Origin: Candidatus Binatia bacterium | Lineage (GTDB): Bacteria; Desulfobacterota; Binatia; Bin18 | Direction: 5' to 3' | NCBI GenBank assembly: GCA_963664395.2 | Contig: OY761159.2 | Span: 3,648,001 to 3,712,000, forward strand | Length of the DNA: 64,000 nt | Shown here: piece by piece, positions 19,685 through 30,789 of the stretch | Layout of the letters: each line of letters starts with the position of its first letter | Numbering within the stretch: the stretch's first letter is position 1 | Translations under genes and position numbers: made by a program | Notes under the pieces: generated by a model | What the model saw: only the letters and a program-made list of their open reading frames with translations | What the model was told of the DNA's origin: nothing | Database searches by the model: none

Positions 19685-21238
19685 ATGGAACGCGAAGTTG
19701 TAAAGATTTTTGATACCACGTTGCGCGATGGCGAGCAGTCGCCTGGCGCGACTATGAACATTGAAGAAAAGGTCATGGTCGCCGGACAGCTCGAAAAGCT
19801 CAATGTGGATGTGATTGAGGCTGGCTTTGCCGCGTCGTCGGAGGGGGACTTTGAATCGGTCCGGCGCGTTGCCGCCCTCGTCTCAACTCCCATTGTCCTG
19901 AGTTTAGCGCGCACCAAGGAGGACGACATTCGGCGTGCCATTCAGGCAGTCGAGCCGGCCAAGAACCCTGGAGTGCATATTTTCATCGCGACCTCCGACA
20001 TCCATCTCAAACATAAACTCATGATGAGCCGGCAGGAGTGTATCGACGCCGCGGTCTGGGCGGTGGAATATGCGAAAAAACATCTCGACTATATCGAGTT
20101 TTCGGCTGAAGACGCCTCCCGCACGGATCGCGACTTTCTGGTCCAGATTTTCAGCGAAGTCATTCAGGCCGGCGCAGTGACCATTAATGTCCCAGATACC
20201 ACTGGCTATGCGATCCCCCGTCAGTTTGGTGCCCTGTTTCAGTATCTGCAGGAAAAGGTTCCCGGCGGAAGAGACGTCACGTGGAGTGCCCACTGTCATA
20301 ACGATTTAGGCCTGGCCGTCGCCAACTCCTTGGCCGCTATTGAAAACGGCGCCCGCCAGGTGGAGTGTACGATTAACGGCATAGGTGAACGCGCGGGTAA
20401 TACGTCCATGGAAGAAGTGGTCATGGCGCTCAGAACGCGAGAGGATGTGTTCGCCAATATCAAAACACATGTGGTGACTGAGCAGATTTACCCCTCCAGT
20501 CAACTCCTGTCCCAAATTACCGGCATTATTGTCCCCATCAATAAGCCGGTTGTCGGTGATAATGCCTTTGCCCACGAGGCGGGCATTCATCAGGACGGCG
20601 TGCTGAAATACAAGCTGACCTATGAGATCATGCAGCCTCAGACGATAGGCTTGGACAGCAACAGGCTTGTCTTAGGGAAACACTCGGGGCGTCACGCCTT
20701 TATTGAGCGGCTCAAATTCCTGGGCATTGATTATACGGGGACGGATATGAACAAGGCCTTCGTGCGCTTTAAGGCCTTGGCCGACAAGAAAAAGAACGTA
20801 TACGACGAAGACCTGATTGCGATTGTGATGGAAGAAACGGCCCGTATCCCTGAGAAGTACGAGCTCCTGTATATGAATGTGACTTCATCCAGCGTGGCGA
20901 TTCCGCATGCGACCGTCAAGATGAGAGTGAACGGAGAAGAGCTGATCGAAAACGCCTCTGGCGATGGTATGGTTGACGCCTGCTACAAGGCGATTGCCCA
21001 AATTGCCGAAATGGACGTGAAGTTGGAGCGCTACTCGGTAAAATCCATCACCGGTGGAACCGATGCCCAGGGCGAGGTCTCGTGTCTCCTGCGCAAAAAC
21101 GGAGCCTCCGTGAACGGCCAGGGCTCTCACACCGATATTATTATGGCCAGCGCCTTGGCCTTCACCAACGCGCTCAATAAATTTGCTCAGATAGACCGCT
21201 ATGGAGACCGGTCCGGCGCCCATCGCGAAGGGCCATAA
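19685..21238 (+). CDS. leuA: 2-isopropylmalate synthase
   Basis: DTTLRDGEQ, HCHNDLG, GERAGN, HEAGIHQDG, C-terminal regulatory domain. Confidence 0.98.
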   Translation: MEREVVKIFDTTLRDGEQSPGATMNIEEKVMVAGQLEKLNVDVIEAGFAASSEGDFESVRRVAALVSTPIVLSLARTKEDDIRRAIQAVEPAKNPGVHIFIATSDIHLKHKLMMSRQECIDAAVWAVEYAKKHLDYIEFSAEDASRTDRDFLVQIFSEVIQAGAVTINVPDTTGYAIPRQFGALFQYLQEKVPGGRDVTWSAHCHNDLGLAVANSLAAIENGARQVECTINGIGERAGNTSMEEVVMALRTREDVFANIKTHVVTEQIYPSSQLLSQITGIIVPINKPVVGDNAFAHEAGIHQDGVLKYKLTYEIMQPQTIGLDSNRLVLGKHSGRHAFIERLKFLGIDYTGTDMNKAFVRFKALADKKKNVYDEDLIAIVMEETARIPEKYELLYMNVTSSSVAIPHATVKMRVNGEELIENASGDGMVDACYKAIAQIAEMDVKLERYSVKSITGGTDAQGEVSCLLRKNGASVNGQGSHTDIIMASALAFTNALNKFAQIDRYGDRSGAHREGP

Positions 21239-21348
21239 GTCTCATCCGAGTGACGCCAGGCAGGTGAGCAAAGAGGGGTGGCCATACGGTCGTCCCGTGT
21301 GCTTGTGCTGCGGTTCGTGATGGACTTGACCGACGAAAAGGAGAAAGA

Positions 21349-22431
21349 ATGGCGCATAATATTGCAGTGTTTGGCGGTGACGGCATTGGTCCCGAAGTGA
21401 TGGCTGAGGCGACGGAAGTCCTCAAGATTGTCGGGCCGCGATTTGGCATTGACTTTTCTTTTGAGTCGGCTTTGGCTGGCGGCTGCTCTATTGATGAACA
21501 CGGCGTGGCCCTGACGGACTCGGCTCTGCGGGTAGCCAAAGAAAGCGAGGCGGTCCTGCTCGGTGCCGTCGGCGGGCCGAAATGGGACGACCCGCAAGCC
21601 ACGGTCCGACCCGAACAAGCCATTCTCGGGCTACGCAAAGAGCTTGGACTCTTCGCGAACTTACGGCCGGTCCAAGTCAACCGCCATCTGCTGCACGCCT
21701 CAACGTTGAAACCCGAGGTGTTGGAAGGTGTCGATCTCATGATCGTCCGAGAGCTTACCGGGGGCGTTTATTACGGCAAGCCGAGTGAGCGCCGCATGGG
21801 AGCCTCTGGCCGAGAAGCGGTGGACACTATTTTTTATACCGAAGGAGAAGTCGAACGCTTGATGCGAGCGTCGTTTGAACTCGCGCGCAAACGGCGCAAG
21901 AAGCTCACGTCGGTCGATAAGGCCAACATCATGGCGTCCTCACGCATGTGGCGCGAAGTTGCGCATGAGGTTGCGCAGGATTACCCCGATGTCGAGTACG
22001 AAGACGTGTTGGTCGATGCCATGTCGATGCATCTGATTCGACGCCCCGCTGACTTTGACGTCATTGCCGCAGAAAATATGTTTGGAGATATCTTAACGGA
22101 TGAAGCCTCAATGCTGGCCGGTTCTATGGGCCTGCTGCCGTCTGCGTCGCTTGGCGAGGGCAGCCGCGGTCTCTTTGAGCCCATTCATGGCACGGCACCG
22201 GATATCGCGGGTCAGGATAAGGCCAACCCGCTGGCCATGATTCTGTCCACTGCGCTCATGCTGCGCCTCTCTTTTGGCCAAGACGAGGCCGCCCTGGCGA
22301 TTGAAGATGCGGTTGATCAAGTGCTGGGCAGCGGCTACCGCACGCCGGATATTGCCCAGCCCGAATGCCGGGTGGTTGGCTGTCAGAAAATGGGCCGGCT
22401 TGTGCGAGAAAAGCTGGGCGGGGAAAGCTGA
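21349..22431 (+). CDS. leuB: 3-isopropylmalate dehydrogenase
   Basis: [27 protein letters not shown]. Confidence 0.97.
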   Translation: MAHNIAVFGGDGIGPEVMAEATEVLKIVGPRFGIDFSFESALAGGCSIDEHGVALTDSALRVAKESEAVLLGAVGGPKWDDPQATVRPEQAILGLRKELGLFANLRPVQVNRHLLHASTLKPEVLEGVDLMIVRELTGGVYYGKPSERRMGASGREAVDTIFYTEGEVERLMRASFELARKRRKKLTSVDKANIMASSRMWREVAHEVAQDYPDVEYEDVLVDAMSMHLIRRPADFDVIAAENMFGDILTDEASMLAGSMGLLPSASLGEGSRGLFEPIHGTAPDIAGQDKANPLAMILSTALMLRLSFGQDEAALAIEDAVDQVLGSGYRTPDIAQPECRVVGCQKMGRLVREKLGGES

Positions 22432-22441
22432 AAGAGGACGG

Positions 22442-23029
22442 CTATCCAGTGCCACGCTTGAGCAGGTCGTACCAATAAAACGCCACGACGACCAAGGCGT
22501 GGGTAATACGTTCTTGGCGAACGAGTTCGGGAAGCTCGCTCGCGTGGACTAAGAGTACTTCGGTTTCCTCGGTGGTGTCGAAGCTGGTCTCAAAGCGTTT
22601 TTCGACGTTGCGGGCCAAAAAACTGTGACAGCGATTGCCCTGAATGGCCGGATTGGGATGAATCGCTCCCAGCGGAATAATATCCTCCGAGTCATAGCCG
22701 GTCTCTTCTTGCATCTCCCGCCGGGCGGCGTGCAGCGCTGAGGGGTCTTCCCGGTCTACCATGCCGCCCGGAATTTCGAGCGTAAAGTCTTCCGTCCCGT
22801 GTCGATATTGCCGGATCAGCACAACCTGGTCGTCTGCCGTCACGGGGATGATATTGACCCAGTCGCCGCTGTCGAGCACGAAGAAGTCATGCTCTTTGTT
22901 TGTCCGGGGCGAACGGGAGCGGTTCTTTTGCAGCGAAAAGATGCGACACGAATAGACGGTTTCAGAGTCGAGCCGCTGCCAGGGCTTAATCTTGCCAGAG
23001 TGTATTTTATTTGAGGGCGAGTCGGACAT
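22442..23029 (-). CDS. NUDIX hydrolase (ADP-ribose pyrophosphatase-like)
   Basis: Nudix box GG...AARREMQEETG. Confidence 0.92.
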   Translation of the reverse strand: MSDSPSNKIHSGKIKPWQRLDSETVYSCRIFSLQKNRSRSPRTNKEHDFFVLDSGDWVNIIPVTADDQVVLIRQYRHGTEDFTLEIPGGMVDREDPSALHAARREMQEETGYDSEDIIPLGAIHPNPAIQGNRCHSFLARNVEKRFETSFDTTEETEVLLVHASELPELVRQERITHALVVVAFYWYDLLKRGTG

Positions 23030-23038
23030 AACGCCACA

Positions 23039-23482
23039 CTAAAACAGCCGCCGGTATTCAATAGCCGGGCAGCGGTCCATGACCACGGTCAGCCCGGCCG
23101 CCTGCGCCCGCTGTGCCGCAACAGGGTCAATGACGCCTAATTGCAGCCACAGTATGGACGCGTCTAGGGCTATCGCCTCCTCAGCGATCAGGCCGACAAA
23201 CTGCGAGCGCCGGAACACGTCAACCATCTCTATGTGAGTCGGCACAGCGCGCAGGCTCGGAAAACATTGCTCGCCCAGCACCTCCCGGCAGTGAGGATTC
23301 ACCGGGATAATGGTATGGCCCCTGGCCTTGAGCAGGGCTGCGATTTGATGGCTGTCACGACTCGGGTCAGGCGAACAGCCGACAACGGCAATCGTCCGCG
23401 GGGTTGCCAGAATATCCCGGATCGTGGTGTCGTCCGGATTGGTAAAGCCGGCCCCTGATAACGGCTGCGACATGCTGGTCAC
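23039..23482 (-). CDS. CoA-binding protein (YccU family)
   Basis: IAVVGCSPDPSRDS, PVNP, WLQLG, VVMDRC. Confidence 0.92.
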   Translation of the reverse strand: MTSMSQPLSGAGFTNPDDTTIRDILATPRTIAVVGCSPDPSRDSHQIAALLKARGHTIIPVNPHCREVLGEQCFPSLRAVPTHIEMVDVFRRSQFVGLIAEEAIALDASILWLQLGVIDPVAAQRAQAAGLTVVMDRCPAIEYRRLF

Positions 23483-23970
23483 GCGGCCCGCTGCAAGAGG
23501 TCGTCAAACGAATGTTCAAGGCAACGTTTGATTTCGACCATGCGTGCTCGAAAGGCCTCTTCGCCCTGCATGGCCGGGTCGTCAATATCTCCCTGCTCGC
23601 CAGCGAACTCCTTGAGCGTAAAGGCCGCTTTTCCGTCTGCCTCGGGATAGGCGTCGAGCATGGATTTCTGCTCGTTCGTCATCGTCAGGATGAGGTCGGC
23701 GTTGGCAATCAGCTCCCGATGCCGTTTGAGGTCGGTTGAAACAAACTCGTCTCGTTTAATCTGAATCCCGTGCTCCTGCAAGATGAAATAGGCGTCCAGG
23801 GAGGCGATCATGCCGTCTCTGGCGTAAATGGCTATGCCACCGGAGCGCACCTCAATATGCCGGACAGCGCGGTCCACCAACATCTTTTCCAAGAGGACGT
23901 GGGCCATCACGCTGCGGCTGGTATTCGCGTGACACACAATCAGAATATTATAGGCAGATGGCTGGCTCAC
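23479..23970 (-). CDS. Low-molecular-weight protein-tyrosine/arginine phosphatase family protein
   Basis: P-loop CHANTSRS (CX5R), ADLILTM, DIDDP. Confidence 0.85.
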   Translation of the reverse strand: MSQPSAYNILIVCHANTSRSVMAHVLLEKMLVDRAVRHIEVRSGGIAIYARDGMIASLDAYFILQEHGIQIKRDEFVSTDLKRHRELIANADLILTMTNEQKSMLDAYPEADGKAAFTLKEFAGEQGDIDDPAMQGEEAFRARMVEIKRCLEHSFDDLLQRAA

Positions 23971-24072
23971 AAAAATGTCCGGGTTCTGAACGTCCTAGGG
24001 TACAAAGAGAGACGGACCAGAAGGGCAGGGACGGCCCTCCTCTTCTGGTACCGACTGTCTGAGGTCAGCGAC

Positions 24073-25011
24073 TCAGTCCTGTTTGAGGGACTTGAAAATT
24101 GATCCCAGGTCTTCTTTGGCGGTGTTGCCCTTGGCCAGTTCGACCTTGAGCTGCTCACCGAGCTCGGCTGCGTCCCACCTGCCTTTTTTCTTGACGGTTC
24201 CGACGGAATGCCAGCCCTGCATCAGCCACACACACCCGCCACCAACCCGAAACACCTCGCCGTGGACATCTGCCGCATCTTCACTCGCCAGCCAGGCGAC
24301 CAACGGCGCAATATGGCCGGGATCAAAATAGTCATGCGCGCCTTCTTCTTCCGGCCCGGCCATCAAGCCGGCGGTTTGGGGCGTCGCGTCCACGGTCATC
24401 CGCGTGCGCGCCAGCGGGGCGATGGCATTGCCGGTGACCCCATATTTCTGCATCTCGCGGTCAACGATGATGGCCATGGTGGCCAGCGCCGCTTTTGCCG
24501 GACCGTAGTTGGGTTGGCCAGGGCTCCCAAGCAGACCGGCGTCCGAAGAGGTGTTAATCACGCGGCCATTCAAAAGATTGCCCTGTTTATGCTGCTCGCG
24601 CCAGTACTCACAGGCGTGGCGGGCACAGTTGAAAGACCCTTTCAGGTGGACGTTCAGGACCGCGTCCCACTCGTCTTCAGACATATTGAAGATCATTCGG
24701 TCACGCAGGATACCGGCGTTGTTGACGAGAATGTTGAGCTTGCCAAAGGAATCGAGCGCACATTCGACAATACGTTTGGCACCCGCGAAGTCGGTGACGC
24801 TCTCAAAATTCGCCACCGCTTCCCCACCCGCGGCCTTGATTTCATCGACCACCAGTTGGGCGGGGCTGTCATCCGAGCCGGTACCATCGAAACTACCACC
24901 AAGGTCGTTGACCACAACTTTGGCTCCATTTTTTGCGAGGAGCAGGGCTTCTTCGCGTCCAATTCCACGTCCGGCTCCTGTGACAACAGCAACTCTTCCA
25001 TCAAGCAGCAT
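24073..25011 (-). CDS. Short-chain dehydrogenase/reductase
   Basis: TGAGRGIG, NNAG, YxxxK (YGPAK). Confidence 0.95.
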   Translation of the reverse strand: MLLDGRVAVVTGAGRGIGREEALLLAKNGAKVVVNDLGGSFDGTGSDDSPAQLVVDEIKAAGGEAVANFESVTDFAGAKRIVECALDSFGKLNILVNNAGILRDRMIFNMSEDEWDAVLNVHLKGSFNCARHACEYWREQHKQGNLLNGRVINTSSDAGLLGSPGQPNYGPAKAALATMAIIVDREMQKYGVTGNAIAPLARTRMTVDATPQTAGLMAGPEEEGAHDYFDPGHIAPLVAWLASEDAADVHGEVFRVGGGCVWLMQGWHSVGTVKKKGRWDAAELGEQLKVELAKGNTAKEDLGSIFKSLKQD

Positions 25012-25122
25012 AGGTTCTTCTCCTTAGTCTGGCGGGCTCAATTTTTTCAGTAAACCAGAGCGTTTACGCCACTCTTGTCTGCCTGAGACGCCTGGCTTTG
25101 TCAAGGAGTTGATGAGTCCGAC

Positions 25123-25162
25123 AAAAGAAAAAAGCCCCGGAAGACTCCCATCCTCCAGGGCT
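25123..25162 (-). terminator. Probable intrinsic terminator after glnA
   Basis: Imperfect GC stem followed by a T-run on the minus strand. Confidence 0.5.
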
Positions 25163-25188
25163 GTGTGGACAACGCTGAATCTGCTGAC

Positions 25189-26601
25189 TTATGCGTCGTA
25201 ATACAGCGCGAATTCGTAGGGATGGGGCCGCAGGCGGAGTTCGTCAATTTCCTGTGTCCGTTTGTATTCGATCCACGTCTCTATCACATCTGGGGTAAAG
25301 ACATCGCCCTTCAATAAGAAATCGAAGTCTTTTTCTAATGCGTCCAACGCCTCCGGCAGTGAGCCTGGCACAGAGGGGACATTGGTGAGCTCTTCGGGTG
25401 TGAGAGCATAGATGTCTTTATCAAGCGGATCACCTGGGTTCAGTTTACGCTCAACACCGTCGAGACCAGCCATGAGCATGGCCGAAAAGGCGAGATAGCC
25501 ATTACTGGTTGCATCTGGGAAGCGGACCTCAATGCGCTTCGCCTTCGGGCTCATGGAATACATTGGAATACGAACCGCTGCGGAACGGTTGCGGGAAGAG
25601 TAGGCCAGATTGACCGGTGCTTCAAATCCCGGCACCAGGCGGCGATAGGAATTTGCCGTGGGAGCGGCAAAAGCACAAATGGCCGGAGCGTGGACCAAGA
25701 TGCCGGCAATATAGTGCATGGCAAGTTCGCTCATGCCGCCATACCCATCACCGGCGAAGAGCGGGTTGCCGTCCTTCCAAATCGACTGGTGGGTATGCAT
25801 ACCCGAGCCATTGTCGCCAAAGATTGGCTTGGGCATAAAAGTCGCGGTTTTCCCATGCCTTTTGGCCACGTTCTTCACAATATATTTGTACCATTGCAGC
25901 GCATCTGCCATTTGGACCAGGGGGAGGAATCGCAGGTCGATCTCCGCCTGGCCAGCGGTGGCCACCTCGTGGTGGTGCTTTTCAACCCGAATCCCAACCT
26001 GCTCCATGATCTGAACCATCTCAGTTCGGATGTCCTGATACGAGTCGAGTGGTGGCACAGGGAAGTAGCCTTCTTTGTGACGGGGCTTATAGCCAAGGTT
26101 CGGACTTTCTTCCCGACCGGAGTTCCAGACGCCTTCAACGGAATTGATGTGATAATAGCCTTCATACGCATTCTGGTCGAAGCGGACTTCGTCAAGAATG
26201 AAAAATTCCGGCTCAGGACCGAAATACGCGACTTCGCCGAACCCGCCGGACTGGACGTAGGCTTCAGCCTTCTTGGCGATGCAGCGTGGGTCGCGCGAGT
26301 AAGGCTCACGAGTGATCGGGTCCACAATATCGCCCAGTAAGCTCAGAGTTGGCTTTTCACAAAACGGATCCATGACTGCCGTGCTGGGGTCGGGTATGAC
26401 CAGCATGTCCGAGGCGTTAATCGGCTGCCAGCCACGAATCGAGGATCCGTCGAAGCCAGACCCGTCCTCGAAAAGGTCTGTGTCATATTCACTGATCGGT
26501 ATGGTGAAATGTTGCCAGGTGCCGATCAAGTCCATGAACTTTAAGTCGACTAACTCAGCGCCCTTTTCCTTTGCCAGAGCGATAGCTTCTTGTGGTGTCA
26601 T
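25189..26601 (-). CDS. glnA: Glutamine synthetase type I
   Basis: FDGSSI, HHHEVA, MPKP, NGSGMH, RPHPYEF; ATG 26601 with GAGG RBS, 470 aa. Confidence 0.98.
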   Translation of the reverse strand: MTPQEAIALAKEKGAELVDLKFMDLIGTWQHFTIPISEYDTDLFEDGSGFDGSSIRGWQPINASDMLVIPDPSTAVMDPFCEKPTLSLLGDIVDPITREPYSRDPRCIAKKAEAYVQSGGFGEVAYFGPEPEFFILDEVRFDQNAYEGYYHINSVEGVWNSGREESPNLGYKPRHKEGYFPVPPLDSYQDIRTEMVQIMEQVGIRVEKHHHEVATAGQAEIDLRFLPLVQMADALQWYKYIVKNVAKRHGKTATFMPKPIFGDNGSGMHTHQSIWKDGNPLFAGDGYGGMSELAMHYIAGILVHAPAICAFAAPTANSYRRLVPGFEAPVNLAYSSRNRSAAVRIPMYSMSPKAKRIEVRFPDATSNGYLAFSAMLMAGLDGVERKLNPGDPLDKDIYALTPEELTNVPSVPGSLPEALDALEKDFDFLLKGDVFTPDVIETWIEYKRTQEIDELRLRPHPYEFALYYDA

Positions 26602-26662
26602 AGTGACCCTTTCCTCCTTAACGCTAGCAATTACGTGCTGTACACTCGTGTCGCGGTACGCC

Positions 26663-27163
<501 letters not shown>

Positions 27164-27186
27164 TCATGTGTGGCGTATGCGCATGC

Positions 27187-27203
27187 TGCCTAGTTCCCAG
27201 GCA
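27187..27203. promoter_or_regulatory. NtrC-like enhancer palindrome TGCCT-N7-AGGCA
   Basis: 17-bp palindrome about 65 bp upstream of the -24 element. Confidence 0.5.
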
Positions 27204-27214
27204 GAGCTCTTTTT

Positions 27215-27838
27215 TTAGGCAGAAGGGGACGATTTTCCTACCCGAAACTTTTGCTCCTCACCTTTCAGCAAACGTCCAATGTTCTCGTGATGACGGGCAA
27301 TGATCAGCCCGGCGATAAGGATGCCAGCAAGAGGAATAGGCTGCGGATAGGCGAAAAAGAAGATGAGGCAGGGTGTGAGCGCTGCTGCAACGATGGACGC
27401 AAGCGAGACGATGCGTATGACCGCAAACACCAGGGCAAAGCCGAGCAGTGCAGTCAGGATGGCTGTTGGCGCAAGACCGAGAAAAACGCCCAGCCCGGTG
27501 GCAACCCCCTTTCCACCCACAAAGCGGAGAAAGACAGGAAAAAGGTGGCCCAGGGTTGCCATCACGGCGGTACTAGCCTGCACAACCTCGCTCAAACCCA
27601 GCCAGCGGACAATGAGAACGGGTAAAAGACCCTTGACTACATCGCCTATGAGGGTCAATATGCCGGCCTTTTTCCCTGCCGTGCGGGCCACATTCGTTGC
27701 CCCCACGTTGCCGCTCCCCGCCTCCTGGATAGCGACCCCCTGTCGCTTGGCGATGAGCGCGCCGGTTGGAATGGAGCCACACAGATAGGCCGCAACGCTG
27801 GAGAGGATCAGAACGCCCAGGTCGAGATCTGACAGCAT
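27215..27838 (-). CDS. plsY: Glycerol-3-phosphate acyltransferase
   Basis: GSGNVGATN, GHLFP, GGKGVAT, RHHENI. Confidence 0.95.
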   Translation of the reverse strand: MLSDLDLGVLILSSVAAYLCGSIPTGALIAKRQGVAIQEAGSGNVGATNVARTAGKKAGILTLIGDVVKGLLPVLIVRWLGLSEVVQASTAVMATLGHLFPVFLRFVGGKGVATGLGVFLGLAPTAILTALLGFALVFAVIRIVSLASIVAAALTPCLIFFFAYPQPIPLAGILIAGLIIARHHENIGRLLKGEEQKFRVGKSSPSA

Positions 27839-27907
27839 GATGTCTGCGTCTTAACCCATCGGCATACCCGGCGGATGGGTACGGATTTCCGGAAAGTGAG
27901 AGAGTCA

Positions 27908-27984
27908 TGGTCGGGGTGACTGGATTTGAACCAGCGACCCCACGGTCCCGAACCGTGTGCTCTACCAGGCTGAGCCACACCCCG
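27908..27984 (-). tRNA. tRNA-Pro (CGG)
   Basis: CGGGGTGTGGCTCAGCCTGGTAGAGC...anticodon arm CACGG-TTCGGGA-CCGTG...GGTTCAAATCC...CCA; 77 nt. Confidence 0.97.
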
Positions 27985-28081
27985 ACACGTCGTACTACTC
28001 GCTTCCTACATAGCTTGGGCCGGGTTCCAGGGTCAAGTAGGGGAGTAGCGTCCGGCGTGGTGTTGGCCGCCGGCCCGGCTC

Positions 28082-28516
28082 CTATTCCAGGGGGCAGGAC
28101 CAGAACTCTCCGACCTGTTGAAAGCCGTTATCCCTCAAAAAGGCGGGGGTAAGCGGCGCTGTTGACTGGCCCGAACCCGGAAGCCAGACCAGGCTGGGAC
28201 AGGCCCGCTGCCGGGCGCGCTCCTTGGCAAAACCGAGTAAGGCTGGCCCGACCAGCGCCGGCGCAGCAGGTAAGAGCGCGATATCGACAACCGCCAGCCA
28301 ACCGTGGTGGCGCAGGCGACGGACGTAGCTGACGAGGACCATACCATGGAGCACGCCGTCATGCTGGGCCACATAGAAGTCGAGCGCTGGGTCCCGAGCG
28401 AGTCGCCGCCAGTGACGAACTTCTGCTTTACTCCACTCCTCGCCAGAAGCGTCGGGGAAGAGCAGCGCCTGGAACGCGGTGATGTCTGTTCGTCTTCCTC
28501 GACGGATGATGAGCAT
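28082..28516 (-). CDS. GNAT-family acetyltransferase-like protein
   Basis: IRRGRRTD start, FYVAQ..G, VG..LL..AKERAR, F...GF; acetyl-CoA loop degenerate. Confidence 0.65.
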   Translation of the reverse strand: MLIIRRGRRTDITAFQALLFPDASGEEWSKAEVRHWRRLARDPALDFYVAQHDGVLHGMVLVSYVRRLRHHGWLAVVDIALLPAAPALVGPALLGFAKERARQRACPSLVWLPGSGQSTAPLTPAFLRDNGFQQVGEFWSCPLE

Positions 28517-28639
28517 GGCTTGTCTCCTACCACACATTGACATAAGCCAGGAATACCGGGTGAGTCACTCGCCGCCCGCCAGGCGAGTGGTTGCCTGAAA
28601 AGAAAAGGCCCGGTTTGAAGGCTGAAGGTTGAGGGTTGT

Positions 28640-29935
28640 ATGTCTTCGGTACCAAGCTCGCTCAAAATTGAAAGGCTATCCTACGGCCCGGCCGGCATTG
28701 GCCGGCTTGACGGCAAGGTGGTTTTTGTCCCCGGCACGGTGCCCGGTGATACGGTTGAGGTCGTGATTGAGGAAGACAAAAAGGCCTACGCCGTTGCCCG
28801 TCTTGTCTCCGTAGAGCGGCCATCAGCGCAGCGGCGGCAAGCTCCGTGTCCGTATATTCCGCGCTGCGGTGGTTGCCCGTGGCAGCATGTGACCTACGCC
28901 GAACAACTCCGGGCCAAGGAAGCGCTGGTCCGCGAGCATATGCGGCGTATTGGAGGCGTGGCGGACCCGCCCGTACTCCCGATTATTCCCAGCCCGCACG
29001 AGTGGCGCTATCGCCATCGTATCCGCCTGCGGACCGAACCGCCGGCCCGCCTCGGCTTTTATCAGTCCCGGTCGCACGAGTTAGTAGAACTCGGGGATTG
29101 TCTCATTGCCGGGGAGGACTGTGCAACCCACTTGGCGCGCGCGCGTGATTGGCTGACCCGATTGCGGACTATCGTACGACGGGTCGAGCTGATCACGCCT
29201 GACCCTCCCCAGGCTTCGGCCGGGGGGGTGGTCCTGATGGGGAACGCAGAAGGTCCGTTTCAGACCGTGGATGCGGCGGGGTGTGCGGCTTTTGTCAGTG
29301 CGCACGACGATGTTGCCGGGCTGGTTCTCTTCGGGCGCGGTTGGCGTCGCACGTGGGGCGAGACCCGCATTGTGTTGGACCTGGGCGTTGACGGCCTGGT
29401 CCTGGAGGTGAAGCGGGGCGGGTTTACGCAAGTCAACCCCGCCGGCAACCGCGTTTTGATCGCAACCCTTCTCCGGCTAGGCGGTTTTGATAAGTCACAA
29501 AAAGTGATCGAATGTCATATGGGCGCCGGAAATCTGAGTTTGCCGATCGCCGGGCGGGTCAGGACACTCATCGGCGTAGAACAAGACCAGGGGGCGATTA
29601 CTGATGCCCGGGAGAATGTTGCCCGGACGGGGCTGGACAATGTGACCTTCGTGCACGCCTCGGCCCGGGTCGGACTCCGAACATTAGCGCAACGCAAGGT
29701 GCAGGCTGACGTCCTGGTATTGGATCCGCCCCGGGCGGGGGCCGCCGATAGCCTTGACGACATCCCTCGACTGAAGATTCACAAGGTTGTCTACGTCTCG
29801 TGTGACCCCACGACATTAGCCCGTGATATGCGTCGCCTGGGTCAATTCGGATACCGGGTTGAGTGTCTCCAACCCATTGACCTTTTCCCCCATACCTATC
29901 ACGTTGAAACAATCGCGGTTGCTGTATTGACTTGA
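28640..29935 (+). CDS. rlmD: 23S rRNA m5U methyltransferase (RlmD/TrmA family)
   Basis: TRAM domain, C-x5-CGGC, FTQVN, LDPPR, YVSCDP, DLFPHTYHVE. Confidence 0.92.
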   Translation: MSSVPSSLKIERLSYGPAGIGRLDGKVVFVPGTVPGDTVEVVIEEDKKAYAVARLVSVERPSAQRRQAPCPYIPRCGGCPWQHVTYAEQLRAKEALVREHMRRIGGVADPPVLPIIPSPHEWRYRHRIRLRTEPPARLGFYQSRSHELVELGDCLIAGEDCATHLARARDWLTRLRTIVRRVELITPDPPQASAGGVVLMGNAEGPFQTVDAAGCAAFVSAHDDVAGLVLFGRGWRRTWGETRIVLDLGVDGLVLEVKRGGFTQVNPAGNRVLIATLLRLGGFDKSQKVIECHMGAGNLSLPIAGRVRTLIGVEQDQGAITDARENVARTGLDNVTFVHASARVGLRTLAQRKVQADVLVLDPPRAGAADSLDDIPRLKIHKVVYVSCDPTTLARDMRRLGQFGYRVECLQPIDLFPHTYHVETIAVAVLT

Positions 29936-29955
29936 TGAAAACAGCCTCCTATGTT
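29927..29955 (+). promoter_or_regulatory. sigma70-like promoter TTGACT-N17-TATGTT
   Basis: Near-consensus, upstream of the 83-aa ORF. Confidence 0.5.
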
Positions 29956-30008
29956 TCCTACAATATCATCGTGCCGCACCTGGAAAGGCGCTTCGGTGGA
30001 GAGACAGC

Positions 30009-30260
30009 ATGTCATCAAATACGCAAGAAAAACCAAGCCCTTCAAAAGTCACGCTGATCCCTGCCAAAGGGGTCTCGCAAACCATCAACTACTTGCTGGA
30101 AGATCGCGATGAGCTTGAATGGCTCGTTGCGATCGGACGCAATAAGCGCGGTGAGATCTTCTTTTATGATACCGGAGGCGATATCATTGAAGATCTCGGC
30201 AGCCTTGACTATCTCAAACAACGCCTGCTGCGCGCGCACTTTGGCGACGAGTGGGAGTAG
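30009..30260 (+). CDS. Hypothetical protein (83 aa)
   Basis: GGAG RBS, own promoter, globular composition. Confidence 0.75.
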   Translation: MSSNTQEKPSPSKVTLIPAKGVSQTINYLLEDRDELEWLVAIGRNKRGEIFFYDTGGDIIEDLGSLDYLKQRLLRAHFGDEWE

Positions 30261-30319
30261 CGGCTTGGTTTGTAGCCTGACCGCGCGCCAGCGGCTGACG
30301 CCTCGACCTGAGCGACGAA

Positions 30320-30697
30320 TTAGTCGCCAGCCTCATCTTCAATCGGCTGACCGGCCAGAATCCGGCCGCCGTCTATGGTGAGAGGAACGCGGGCTAAGAA
30401 TTTTCCGCACGGCGGCCCAAAAACACACTCGCCCGTATCAGGCTCAAAAGCGGCCCCATGCGTTGAGCAGAGGATATACCGGCCCTCTTCAGTCAAGAAC
30501 TGGTTATCGATCCAGTCCATGGTCATGGGTACGTGAGAACAGCGGTTGATGTAGGCAAAGTAATGGCCGTCGTAGTTCAGCAGGAAACACTCGGTTTCTT
30601 GCCCCTCAACTGACAGCATAAACTTTTTGGTCTCTCCAGGCCCGATTTCGCCCATCTGGGCGACGGCGACTGAAGAAGAGGTCTCAGACTGTGACAC
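30320..30697 (-). CDS. Rieske (2Fe-2S) domain protein
   Basis: CSH...CSTHGA Rieske ligands; GTG start with GGAGG RBS. Confidence 0.92.
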   Translation of the reverse strand: MSQSETSSSVAVAQMGEIGPGETKKFMLSVEGQETECFLLNYDGHYFAYINRCSHVPMTMDWIDNQFLTEEGRYILCSTHGAAFEPDTGECVFGPPCGKFLARVPLTIDGGRILAGQPIEDEAGD

Positions 30698-30789
30698 TCG
30701 CGCCTCCTGTAGTATCCGGCTGCATTCCAACGTAGTGTAGCATTGAGACACGGGGAGGGAAATCGACGCATATACGTCTGCCCAGCGCT

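Noticed and set aside
27908-27984. tRNA-Pro as an integration site
   Set aside because: Flanked by housekeeping genes; no integrase and no duplicated tRNA 3' end seen in the window
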